A program made the translations under genes and the position numbers. Source: Syntrophobacterales bacterium (GTDB taxonomy: Bacteria > Desulfobacterota > Syntrophobacteria > Syntrophobacterales > Thermodesulforhabdaceae). Taken from it: a stretch of 24,000 bases of DNA. The stretch spans positions 45,745-69,744 of the forward strand of contig JAOACS010000010.1 in the NCBI GenBank assembly GCA_026417655.1. The letters run 5' to 3'. How positions within the stretch are numbered: position 1 is the first letter of the stretch; the number at the start of each line of letters is the position of its first letter. Shown in pieces: positions 14,693 to 23,430 of the stretch. The notes beneath the pieces are model-generated. The model ran no database searches and was not told where the DNA came from. It saw only the letters and a program-made list of their open reading frames with translations.

Positions 14693-16654
14693 ATGAAGAA
14701 ACCGCTCTGGATACCATCAGAAGAACGTATCAAAAAGGCCAATATCACTGCATACATGAATTTTCTTTCTGAAAAACACGCAAAGCAGTCTTTCAACTCC
14801 TATAAAGAACTTTACGAATGGTCGATCAACAATATCCCCGATTTTTGGGCAAGTGTTTGGGATTTTTGCGGCATTGTTGCAAGTAAGCCCTACGATCAGG
14901 TTGTGGATGACCCTTTTAAGATGCCTGGTGCAAAATGGTTTCAGGGAGCGAGGTTAAATTTTGCGGAAAATCTTCTTAGATACCGCGACGAACGTACCGC
15001 CATTATCTTCGTAGGCGAAACCCAACAACGCAAAACCATAACCTACAGTGAACTTTACAAACTGGTCGGAAAAATCTCCCAGGCTTTAAGAAATATGGGA
15101 GTTAAACCTGGCGATAGGGTTGTTGCCTACATGCCAAATATGATAGAAACAGTAGCCTTCATGCTGGGAGCTACAAGTGTAGGAGCCATTTGGTCCTCCT
15201 GTGCTGCAGATATGGGACCCGAGGCTGTTTATGATCGCTTTGGACAGGTAGAACCCAAGGTTCTAGTAACAGTGGATGGCTATTTTTATAAAGGCAAACA
15301 GTTTGATACCTTTGCCAATGCCTTGAAGCTCGTAAGCAAGATCCCATCACTCCAAAAGGTTGTTGTTGCTTCCTATGCAGGCAATACTGTCGATCTTTCT
15401 CAGATGCCAAACGCCATAAGATTTGACGAATTTATTGGTAAAGAGGACGCCGATCCAGCCTTTGAACAGCTTCCCTTCGATCATCCCGTTTACATTATGT
15501 TCTCTTCTGGGACAACTGGAAAACCCAAATGCATGGTGCAAAGTGCAGGAGGGGTGTTAATAAATCATTTAAAAGAACTCATTATCCATTCGGATCTCAA
15601 GAGGGAAGATACGATATTTTATATAACAACCTGTAGCTGGATGATGTGGAATTGGCTCGTTAGCTCTCTCGCCGTAGGATCCACAATGGTTCTTTATGAT
15701 GGAAATCCCCTATACCCCGACGCATACGCCATGTGGCACATGGCTGAGAGGGAAGGCATAACAATTTTTGGTCTTAGCGCAAGCTACATTAATGCTCTTC
15801 GTAAGGAGGAGGTAAGCCCCGGTAAGAAATGTGATCTTTCCGCTCTTAAGCAAATTTCCCAAACAGGGTCACCTCTTTCAGCAGATGGTTTTGAGTATGT
15901 ATACTCGGATATCAAGAAGGATCTTCACTTTAACTCCATCTCCGGAGGAACCGACATCAACGGATGCTTTGCCATAGGAAGTCCAATTCAACCGGTCTAC
16001 GCAGGTGAATTGCAGGGTCCTGCTTTGGGAATGAAGGTTAAGGCCTATGATGAGAATGCAAATCCTATCTGGGATCGTGAGGGAGAATTAGTTTGTGAAG
16101 CCGCTGCACCTTCAATGCCTCTTTACTTTTGGAACGATCCCGATGGGGCCAAATACCGTGGAGCCTACTTCGACTTCTTTACCGGTAAAAATGTCTGGAG
16201 GCATGGGGATTACGTCATATTTCACTCTGATACGGGGGGCATCACATTCCTTGGTCGTTCCGATTCAGTCCTAAAGCCCTCTGGCGTCCGCATAGGTACT
16301 GCCGAAATCTACAATCAGGTAGAAAATATCCCTGAAATCGCAGACAGCCTTGCTATAGGCCAGAATTGGCAAAACGACCAAAGGATAGTCCTATTTGTAA
16401 AAATGAAGGAAGGTTACAAACTCACTGAGGAAATTAAAGACAAGATAAGAACTACTCTCAGGAAGAACGCTTCTCCAAGACACGTTCCTGCTAAGATCAT
16501 AGAAGTTCCCGATATCCCTTACACGAGGAATATGAAAAAAGTGGAAAGCGCTGTGACAAATCTTATCCATGGTCGTCCTGTAACTAACGTGGAAGCTCTT
16601 ATAAATCCAGAGTGTTTAGAATATTTCAAGAACTTACCCGACCTAGAAACGTAA
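14693..16654 (+). CDS. Acetoacetate-CoA ligase (acetoacetyl-CoA synthetase)
   Basis: The N-terminus KPLWIPSEERIKKANITAYMNFL...FWASVWDFCGI...MPGAKWFQGARLNFAENLL is the characteristic AACS N-terminal region. The AMP-binding motif is YIMFSSGTTGKPKC. The length is 653 aa. The RBS is TAGGAGG. Confidence 0.85.
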   Translation: MKKPLWIPSEERIKKANITAYMNFLSEKHAKQSFNSYKELYEWSINNIPDFWASVWDFCGIVASKPYDQVVDDPFKMPGAKWFQGARLNFAENLLRYRDERTAIIFVGETQQRKTITYSELYKLVGKISQALRNMGVKPGDRVVAYMPNMIETVAFMLGATSVGAIWSSCAADMGPEAVYDRFGQVEPKVLVTVDGYFYKGKQFDTFANALKLVSKIPSLQKVVVASYAGNTVDLSQMPNAIRFDEFIGKEDADPAFEQLPFDHPVYIMFSSGTTGKPKCMVQSAGGVLINHLKELIIHSDLKREDTIFYITTCSWMMWNWLVSSLAVGSTMVLYDGNPLYPDAYAMWHMAEREGITIFGLSASYINALRKEEVSPGKKCDLSALKQISQTGSPLSADGFEYVYSDIKKDLHFNSISGGTDINGCFAIGSPIQPVYAGELQGPALGMKVKAYDENANPIWDREGELVCEAAAPSMPLYFWNDPDGAKYRGAYFDFFTGKNVWRHGDYVIFHSDTGGITFLGRSDSVLKPSGVRIGTAEIYNQVENIPEIADSLAIGQNWQNDQRIVLFVKMKEGYKLTEEIKDKIRTTLRKNASPRHVPAKIIEVPDIPYTRNMKKVESAVTNLIHGRPVTNVEALINPECLEYFKNLPDLET

Positions 16655-16678
16655 TTCATTCCCTTTCAGGAAAAGGAG

Positions 16679-16705
16679 TGCAGGGGAGCCCCACTCTCCC
16701 CTGCA
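16679..16705 (+). terminator. Strong stem-loop downstream of the ligase gene (terminator-like, no U-tract)
   Basis: TGCAGGGGAG-CCCCACT-CTCCCCTGCA is a perfect 10-bp GC-rich stem. It starts 25 nt after the stop codon. The sequence that follows is AGAAUCUUUACUU rather than a clean U run. Confidence 0.4.
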
Positions 16706-16786
16706 AGAATCTTTACTTCCCTACCTTCGTCGTAATATTTTCAAATCATCAGGAAAGATAAAACAATAAAGGAATAGGAGGAGGAT

Positions 16787-17551
16787 ATGAAAATTATAAC
16801 CCATCAGGACTTTTTAAGGCCCTACACTCGTGATCCTGCAGCGGCTCCAGGGCGCCTCGAACCTATACTTGAAGAGCTAAAAAAGGACGGTTACGAATTC
16901 ATTGAAGCTCTTCCCGCCGGATGGGACGATATCGCCAAAGCGCATACAAAGGATCACATAGATCGGGTTACCCGTCATGGACTTTATGCTATTTCTGCTC
17001 TGGCAGCCGGCGGAGCGATTCAAGCAGCGGAAATCGGTTTGACAGAACCAACTTTCGCAGTGATCCGTCCTCCAGGGCATCATGCCTCCTCTGACAGTTC
17101 CTGGGGATTTTGTTTCTTCAACAACATAGCCATAGCCATTGAATTTTTAAAACAAAGCGGTAGGATTCAAACCGCCCACATTCTCGATTTTGATCTTCAC
17201 TACGGAGATGGCACCGTAAATATTCTTGGCTCTAAAGGTTACGTTACAATCCATAACCCTGAAGGATCAACAAGGGAAATGTATCTTAAATCGATAAGGA
17301 GTCAGCTCTGGAATGTAACACCCGATGTTATAGCAGTATCTGCTGGATTCGATAATCATGTGCAGGATTGGGGAGGGCTTCTCACAACGGAGGATTACTA
17401 TGAAATTGGCAAAATGATCTTCACCAGAGCAAAAGAACTAGGGGCTGGAACCTTTGCTGTTCTTGAGGGTGGATACAACCACGACGTCCTTGGAATTAAT
17501 GTGAGAGCCTTCGTTCAGGGACTTTGCGGAAGAGATTTTAACCTTAGGTAG
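16787..17551 (+). CDS. Histone deacetylase-family (Zn-dependent deacetylase/amidohydrolase) protein, compact 254-aa form
   Basis: The catalytic blocks are RPPGHHA, FCFFNNIAIA, DFDLHYGDGT, SAGFD and LEGGYN, so the His-His dyad, the Asp/His Zn ligands and the catalytic Tyr are all present. The RBS is AGGAGGAGG. Confidence 0.85.
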   Translation: MKIITHQDFLRPYTRDPAAAPGRLEPILEELKKDGYEFIEALPAGWDDIAKAHTKDHIDRVTRHGLYAISALAAGGAIQAAEIGLTEPTFAVIRPPGHHASSDSSWGFCFFNNIAIAIEFLKQSGRIQTAHILDFDLHYGDGTVNILGSKGYVTIHNPEGSTREMYLKSIRSQLWNVTPDVIAVSAGFDNHVQDWGGLLTTEDYYEIGKMIFTRAKELGAGTFAVLEGGYNHDVLGINVRAFVQGLCGRDFNLR

Positions 17552-17650
17552 GGTAAAAAAGGGCGATAAATAAGCATCCCTATAGAGAGACTTAAAATAC
17601 AATAGCAGCAAAGTAACTACCAATTATTACAGGGTTTCATAACTTTCGAT

Positions 17651-17679
17651 TTGACCAATTAAACTGATTTCAATATGAT
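17651..17679 (+). promoter_or_regulatory. Putative sigma70 promoter for sucCD
   Basis: TTGACC (17651-17656) is followed by a 17-nt spacer and TATGAT (17674-17679). It lies 85 nt upstream of the sucC ATG. Confidence 0.45.
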
Positions 17680-17763
17680 TAAACCCACTATTTATTCTTT
17701 TTGTAAGGATGAACCTAAGGGGAAGCGGAAATTGGGCTTTTCAAAAAAAAGGAGCATTTTAAA

Positions 17764-18927
17764 ATGAAGATTCATGAGTATCAGGCAAAGGAGCTTTTTT
17801 CAAAGTATGGTGTTACGGTTCCGAGGGGAGGTGTAGCCTTTACCGCTCATGAAGCTTTAGAGGTGGCAAAAACCCTAGGAGGATATCCCGTTGTATTAAA
17901 AGCACAAATCCACGCTGGAGGTCGAGGAAAGGGTGGAGGTGTTAAGTTAGCTTTTTCGGAGGAGGAAGTAAAACAATATGCCAGCGAACTAATAGGCATG
18001 AGACTTGTAACGCACCAGACAGGTCCTGAGGGCAAAATAGTTCGGAAAATTCTCGTAGAAGAGGGCCTACCCATCGTTCAGGAACTCTATCTAGGAATGC
18101 TTCCCGATCGTCGAACTGGGACTATTGCTATCATGGCAAGTCTTGCTGGAGGCATGGACATAGAGGAGGTAGCAGCTAAGGAACCCGAAAAAATTATCAC
18201 CGTAAATGTTGATCCCCTTCTCGGTCTCCAACCTTTTCACATTCGACAATTTGTTTATGGTCTAAAGCTTTCGTCCGATATAGCGAAGGCTTTTACTACT
18301 ATGATCACTAATCTCTATCGGCTTTTTATAGACTACGATTGTTCCCTTGTTGAAATTAACCCTCTCGTTATAACATCCGATCAGCGACTTATAGCTTTGG
18401 ATGCTAAAGTCAACTTTGATGATAATGGTCTCTTTCGACACAAGGATATTTTGGCATATCGAGACCTTGATGAAGAAGATCCCTTTGAAGTGGAAGCTTC
18501 CAAGTATAACCTTAACTATATAAAGATGGACGGTAACATTGGAAACATGGTAAACGGTGCAGGTCTTGCCATGGCTACAATGGATCTCATAAAACTTGCT
18601 GGGGCAGAACCAGCAAACTTCCTTGACGTAGGTGGCGGAGCCAGTGCGGAAATGGTGGAAAACGGTTTTAGAATTATTTTGAGCGATCCCAACGTAAAGG
18701 GTGTGCTTATAAATATCTTCGGTGGGATCCTTCGATGTGATGTGCTAGCTCAAGGAATTGTCGAAGCTGCGAAAAAAGTGGAGGTTAAAGTTCCTGTGGT
18801 GATAAGAATGGAAGGAACCAATGTAGAAAAGGGAAGAGAAATTCTTCAACAGTCGGGTTTAAACCTTATTGTTGCAACGGATCTAAACGACGCAGCTCAA
18901 AAAATTGCCGCCATAGCCAAATCATAA
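17764..18927 (+). CDS. sucC: Succinate-CoA ligase (ADP-forming) beta subunit
   Basis: [21 protein letters not shown]....EA...[24 protein letters not shown]... and the C-terminal [11 protein letters not shown] are unmistakable SucC sequences. Confidence 0.95.
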   Translation: MKIHEYQAKELFSKYGVTVPRGGVAFTAHEALEVAKTLGGYPVVLKAQIHAGGRGKGGGVKLAFSEEEVKQYASELIGMRLVTHQTGPEGKIVRKILVEEGLPIVQELYLGMLPDRRTGTIAIMASLAGGMDIEEVAAKEPEKIITVNVDPLLGLQPFHIRQFVYGLKLSSDIAKAFTTMITNLYRLFIDYDCSLVEINPLVITSDQRLIALDAKVNFDDNGLFRHKDILAYRDLDEEDPFEVEASKYNLNYIKMDGNIGNMVNGAGLAMATMDLIKLAGAEPANFLDVGGGASAEMVENGFRIILSDPNVKGVLINIFGGILRCDVLAQGIVEAAKKVEVKVPVVIRMEGTNVEKGREILQQSGLNLIVATDLNDAAQKIAAIAKS

Positions 18928-18958
18928 CGAAGGAAAACCGTGGAAGGAGAGAAGAAAG

Positions 18959-19837
18959 ATGAGTATATGGGTTAATGCTGAAACCAGAGTGCTCGTCCAA
19001 GGTATCACAGGAAGAGAGGGGCAATTTCATGCTCGACAATGTATAGCCTACGGGACGAAGGTCGTAGCAGGCGTTACACCCGGAAAGGGCGGTCAGTATA
19101 TGGATGAAGTGCCGGTTTTCAATACGGTGAAGGAAGCTGTTAGAGAAACGGGTGCTAATTGCTCTCTTATTTTTGTTCCACCAACCTTTGCTGCCGATGC
19201 AATTTTGGAATCGATAGACGCAGGCTTACCACTTATTGTTGCAATTACCGAAGGCATACCTGTTCTTGATATGATGAGGGTTAAAGGAGCTCTAAAAAGC
19301 TCTTCCTCTAGGCTCATTGGACCCAACTGTCCAGGTATTATAACCCCAGGACAGGCTAAGGTTGGTATTATGCCTGGCCATATTCACAGACCAGGCAATA
19401 TTGGTGTTGTTTCTAGATCGGGTACTCTTACCTACGAGGTCGTTCACCAGCTCACCCTTCAGGGTCTCGGGCAAAGCACGTGTATAGGCATTGGCGGCGA
19501 TCCGATAAACGGCACAAATTTCATAGACTGTCTCAAGGCTTTTCAGGAGGATCCCGAGACTAAAGGTATTGTGATGGTGGGAGAAATCGGTGGTTCCGCC
19601 GAAGAGGAGGCTGCTGAGTTTGTAAAAACCTTTGTAACAAAGCCAGTTGTTGGGTTTGTTGCGGGCCTTACAGCTCCACCAGGACGCCGTATGGGACATG
19701 CGGGGGCGATAATAAGCGGTTCAAGCGGAACTGCCCAGGCCAAGATAGCGGCTATGGAAGCTGCTGGTATTGCGGTGGTGAAAAACCTTGGCCACCTGGG
19801 AGAACTTTGCAAAGAGATATTTTCAAAAGCAACATAA
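18959..19837 (+). CDS. sucD: Succinate-CoA ligase alpha subunit
   Basis: [14 protein letters not shown]......[60 protein letters not shown] and the phospho-His loop MGHAGAII are present. Confidence 0.95.
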   Translation: MSIWVNAETRVLVQGITGREGQFHARQCIAYGTKVVAGVTPGKGGQYMDEVPVFNTVKEAVRETGANCSLIFVPPTFAADAILESIDAGLPLIVAITEGIPVLDMMRVKGALKSSSSRLIGPNCPGIITPGQAKVGIMPGHIHRPGNIGVVSRSGTLTYEVVHQLTLQGLGQSTCIGIGGDPINGTNFIDCLKAFQEDPETKGIVMVGEIGGSAEEEAAEFVKTFVTKPVVGFVAGLTAPPGRRMGHAGAIISGSSGTAQAKIAAMEAAGIAVVKNLGHLGELCKEIFSKAT

Positions 19838-19845
19838 AGCATAAG

Positions 19846-19877
19846 GCAGAGGGAGCTAAAAACCCCTCTGCTTTTTA
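19846..19877 (+). terminator. Intrinsic terminator after sucD
   Basis: GCAGAGGG-(loop AGCUAAAAAC)-CCCUCUGC is followed by UUUUUAUU. It begins 9 nt after the sucD stop codon, and the convergent rpmB ends at 19885. Confidence 0.75.
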
Positions 19878-19884
19878 TTAAAGA

Positions 19885-20091
19885 CTACTTCATAGCCTTA
19901 ACAGGCTTTACTACAAGTCCCGACCTAAGACATCTCGAACAAACCCTAACTCTTAAGATTCTTCCCTCAGGTGTCATGTGTTTAACGGACTGAAGGTTAG
20001 GAAGCCATCTTCTTCTAGTCTTATTGTTCGCGTGGCTTACGTTGTTTCCCGTTACAGGCCCCTTCCCACAAAAAACACATCGTTGACTCAT
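19885..20091 (-). CDS. rpmB: 50S ribosomal protein L28 (Cys-containing Zn-ribbon form)
   Basis: [34 protein letters not shown] is the L28 signature. The CxxC...CxxC pairs (CVFC, CSRC) indicate the zinc-binding form. I take the ATG at 20091 (68 aa) with GGGGAG 9 nt upstream. The track's 99-aa version is an N-terminal over-extension. Confidence 0.9.
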   Translation of the reverse strand: MSQRCVFCGKGPVTGNNVSHANNKTRRRWLPNLQSVKHMTPEGRILRVRVCSRCLRSGLVVKPVKAMK

Positions 20092-20220
20092 AGATTCCAT
20101 CTCCCCAAGAAAAGTATATTTTTCAACAAAACCGCCAAGGGCTCTTAGCATAATCCTTGGCTCAAGGCAAATAAAATCCAGCAATCTATAACTCTTAGCA
20201 AGATCTTAACAAGAATATCC

Positions 20221-20249
20221 TTGAAAAAAACGGTACCCATGACTATAAG
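20221..20249 (+). promoter_or_regulatory. Putative sigma70 promoter for the chemoreceptor gene
   Basis: TTGAAA (20221-20226) is followed by a 17-nt spacer and TATAAG (20244-20249). It lies about 53 nt upstream of the ATG at 20302. Confidence 0.45.
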
Positions 20250-20301
20250 ATACGATTGTTATAAACTTTCCTATATATAAACATTTGGGGAGGGATACTT
20301 A

Positions 20302-22686
20302 ATGAAGCTTAGCACCAAACTTTTGGGTGGATTTGGAACCGTCGTTATCATTACTATTCTAGTGGGGCTTGTGGGATGGATAGCTACAAGTAAGCTTGGA
20401 AAAGCTATCCATGTCCTAAAAAGTGAAACTATCCCCGCTGTTTCTTATATAGATGATCTTGAATCCTCCCTAAAGTCCCTAAGAATAGCCACAAGAACCC
20501 TTATGAGCCCTCTTCTTTCTGAAGAAGATCGGGAAAGGCAATTTAAGAATATTGAAGAAGCAAAAAAAGAGATTGCCAAAACAGTAAAGTCCTTCGAAGC
20601 TATTCCAAACAAACCTCCTCAGGTGATTGAATTATGGAATCAGCTTATACCAAAACTTAATGAATACCTCTCTGGCGTAGAGATCTTTTTAAATAAAGCA
20701 AAGGAAATAAAATCCACAGGTATAACTAATCCCATGACTCTAGCTAGTGAAGTAACATATTTTCAAATGCTTCATTATAGCACCATGGTTAAGGTTAGTG
20801 ATCTTATACAATTTAATGAAGATTTCCAAGGTGGTGAAGACGCCTCTCAGTGCGAGTTTGGAAAGTGGCTTGCCTCATTTAGAACCGAAAATGAAGAGCT
20901 AAAAAAGCACCTAGCGGAAATAGACGAACATCACAAAAACTTTCATCAAGGGATTGAAAAAATTAAAAAGGCAGTAAAGGATGGGGATATAGCTAGGGCC
21001 ACCATGGTGTATCGCATGGAGCTTAAGCCTCAAGCCAGGCAAGTTTTTGATCATTTTCATGAGATAAGGGGATTAATTTCCAAGGGTGAAGCCCTATATA
21101 GAGAAATGTTACGTTATGGTATGGAGGATCTTGTTGCTAAGCAAAGAATAGTTGTAGAAATGTTAGAAAAGGCAACGAAAATCATCGATGATAAGCAAAA
21201 TGCGGACATTAGACTCTCGGAATCATCTCAGCGCCTTTCAAGGATAATGATTCTTTCTGGAGTTCTCTTAGGGGTTATCTTTGCTATTTTAATAGGCGGT
21301 TACATCGCAATCTCAACAACTCGCTCAATTCGCCGAATAGCATCGGGTCTATATGAAGGATCGGAACAGATAACGTTAGCTGCTACCCAGGTTGCCTCTT
21401 CAAGTCAAGTCCTTGCTGAAATGACCTCACAGCAGGCCGCGGCTGTAGAGGAGACATCATCAGCTTTGGAGGAAATGGCCTCCATGACTCGTCAAAACGC
21501 CAGTAACGTAGTAGAAGCAGACAGACTCATGAAAGAGACTAAGGAAATAGTATCAGAGGCTAATATATCCATGGAGGATTTGGCCCAATCGATGGAAAAA
21601 ATTAACCAGGCTAGTGGGGAAACCTTCAAAATCATTAAAACCATTGATGAGATCGCCTTCCAGACAAATCTTCTAGCCTTAAATGCCGCAGTTGAAGCAG
21701 CAAGAGCTGGCGAAGCAGGGGCAGGATTTGCGGTGGTAGCCGACGAAGTTCGATCGCTTGCAATAAGAGCTGCCGAAGCAGCTAAGAATACGGCATCCCT
21801 TATTGAAACCACCATCACAAAGGTAAGGGAAGGAACAGCAATAGCAGAAAGAACGAGGGAAACGTTCCTAAGGGTTGCTCAGAGTTCGGATAGGGTATCA
21901 GAACTCCTGGGAGAAATCGCAGTCTCATCTGAAGAACAGAAGCAGGGTATAGAGCAAGTAAATAGAGCCATTGCTGAAACGGATAAAGCTATCCAGAAAA
22001 ATGCCGCTAATGCCGAAGAATCAGCCTCAGCCGCTGAAGAATTGAGTGCTCAAGCTAACGATCTTAAATCCTTCGCAAAGGAGCTTCTGGCCCTAGTTGG
22101 AAAAGCCGAGATTGATAGGGGCGCTCCTATGAAAAAAGCTACGGAACCGAAAGCCTTACCGGCCACTCTGTCACCAAAAATGGCCGAAACAAAGAAAGCT
22201 CTTTCGACAATAAAACCTTTTGTGCAAGCAAAAACTCCGTCATCGGGTGTATCCAAAAAGGTCTTTATAAAACCAATAATGGTTTGGTCAAAGGAATATG
22301 AGGTCGGGGTCTCAGAAATCGATGAGCAACATCAAAGACTCTTCAAAATGGTTAACGACCTAAATGAAGCTATGGCGAGAGGGCAGGGAAAGGATGTGCT
22401 GGATCAGATTCTCACTGGGCTCGTCGATTATGCGGCTAGACACTTCCAAACGGAAGAAATGTATATGAGAAAGGCTAACTATCCAGAACTGGACAGCCAT
22501 AGGGAGATTCACGAGAGATTAGCTAATAGAGTTCACGAAATGGTTGACCGTTATAAAATGGGAGAAGTAGGACTCGTAATAGAGCTTTTGAATTTTCTAC
22601 AGGACTGGCTTAAAAAACATATCCTCGGAACAGATAAAAGGTATGGACAATATCTTTCTGGAATGGATTTAAGATCGATGTTTTAA
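20302..22686 (+). CDS. Methyl-accepting chemotaxis protein with CZB-like zinc motif in the inter-TM region and C-terminal hemerythrin domain (DcrH-like)
   Basis: TM1 spans about aa 8-29 and TM2 about aa 314-337. The MCP hairpin core is [42 protein letters not shown]-like motif is H158...QC184EFGKWL...H211xxxH215. The C-terminal 135 aa (from nt 22279) carry the hemerythrin ligand pattern: [27 protein letters not shown]. Confidence 0.9.
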   Translation: MKLSTKLLGGFGTVVIITILVGLVGWIATSKLGKAIHVLKSETIPAVSYIDDLESSLKSLRIATRTLMSPLLSEEDRERQFKNIEEAKKEIAKTVKSFEAIPNKPPQVIELWNQLIPKLNEYLSGVEIFLNKAKEIKSTGITNPMTLASEVTYFQMLHYSTMVKVSDLIQFNEDFQGGEDASQCEFGKWLASFRTENEELKKHLAEIDEHHKNFHQGIEKIKKAVKDGDIARATMVYRMELKPQARQVFDHFHEIRGLISKGEALYREMLRYGMEDLVAKQRIVVEMLEKATKIIDDKQNADIRLSESSQRLSRIMILSGVLLGVIFAILIGGYIAISTTRSIRRIASGLYEGSEQITLAATQVASSSQVLAEMTSQQAAAVEETSSALEEMASMTRQNASNVVEADRLMKETKEIVSEANISMEDLAQSMEKINQASGETFKIIKTIDEIAFQTNLLALNAAVEAARAGEAGAGFAVVADEVRSLAIRAAEAAKNTASLIETTITKVREGTAIAERTRETFLRVAQSSDRVSELLGEIAVSSEEQKQGIEQVNRAIAETDKAIQKNAANAEESASAAEELSAQANDLKSFAKELLALVGKAEIDRGAPMKKATEPKALPATLSPKMAETKKALSTIKPFVQAKTPSSGVSKKVFIKPIMVWSKEYEVGVSEIDEQHQRLFKMVNDLNEAMARGQGKDVLDQILTGLVDYAARHFQTEEMYMRKANYPELDSHREIHERLANRVHEMVDRYKMGEVGLVIELLNFLQDWLKKHILGTDKRYGQYLSGMDLRSMF

Positions 22687-22736
22687 AGCCACCTATATGT
22701 AGTTCCCCATCTATAAACCTTGGTACATCAACATCT

Positions 22737-23420
22737 AGGGGTTGTTGCTAGTCCTAGGTCATGTTATTTTTCTGGGTGGAGGCTATCTTTATTCAGTGCT
22801 AGGAACAACATAGATTCTCAAAAAATGTATTAAGATGGATAATTGCTTCGATAATAACCACAATAATCCAGGAGGTAGCCTCTACATTTTCCATAAGTCT
22901 CTATGGATTATCTAATTTTGTAGGACACATATTCAAAGTTATCTCCTTCTATTCTCTATACAAAGGGTTCATAGAAAAAAGTCTAAGGAAACCCTACGAG
23001 CTTCTCTGGAGAGAACTTAAGATAAGTTGGCGAGATGCGAAAAAGACAGAATTCAACACTACTTAGATATAGTCGGCGTTATCATTATTGTAATAGGCAA
23101 CAACGGAAAGGTGCAGATTATCAACAAAAAGGGATGTGAAACTTTAGGCTACTATGCTGAGTTCATGCGAAGACATAACAGCTCAAAAAATTGTTAAAAT
23201 AGAGGGAGAAGATTCTCTGGGAACTACAAACTACTCTTCTAGACAAAATTAAAGATTCTTAAAGGGCTAATTCCTATATGTCCTTCCTGGAAAAGAGTCC
23301 GGAAGGACTAAGGCTTTTGAGTTCAGATAGAAACACATGTCACGAATGTTCAAAAAAGCTTTACCATGAGATATATGAAAAGATTGAAAGGAATAGAAAT
23401 TCTTCGCAAGGAAAGTAGTG
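22737..23420 (+). pseudogene. Eroded remnant of a membrane (MASE3-like) / PAS sensor gene with a Cys-rich C-terminal tail
   Basis: There are four fragments in three frames.
- GLLLVLGHVIFLGGGYLYSVLGTT* (22737-22811).
- ...ASIITTIIQEVASTFSISLYGLSNFVGHIFKVISFYSLYKGFIEKSLRKPYELLWRELK...* (22803-23066), which looks like the end of a MASE3-like membrane module.
- LDIVGVIIIVIGNNGKVQIINKKGCETLGYYAE (from 23063), which is the start of a PAS domain. Most of that PAS core is missing, and the sequence resumes as EDITAQK.
- GLIPICPSWKRVRKD*GF*VQIETHV (23264-23340), with in-frame TAA at 23309 and TGA at 23318.
No intact ORF and no start codon remain. Confidence 0.55.
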
Positions 23421-23430
23421 GAGGGGCAGA

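Noticed and set aside
19292-19842. Two minus-strand ORFs (135 and 99 aa) inside sucD, and similar antisense ORFs inside sucC, the chemoreceptor (21492-21818, 22050-22256), AACS, the permeases and moeA (23267-23515, 23655-23843).
   Set aside because: All are antisense to confidently identified genes and have no motifs or RBS. Ala/Ser-rich shadow frames are expected opposite GC-richer coding regions.
23309-23320. The in-frame TGA (23318) and TAA (23309) in the sensor tail, considered as possible recoding or selenocysteine sites.
   Set aside because: The TGA replaces a position where homologues have Trp (TGG), not Cys/Sec, and a TAA lies three codons upstream. The gene also carries multiple frameshifts and a large deletion. 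Simple nonsense decay is the economical explanation.
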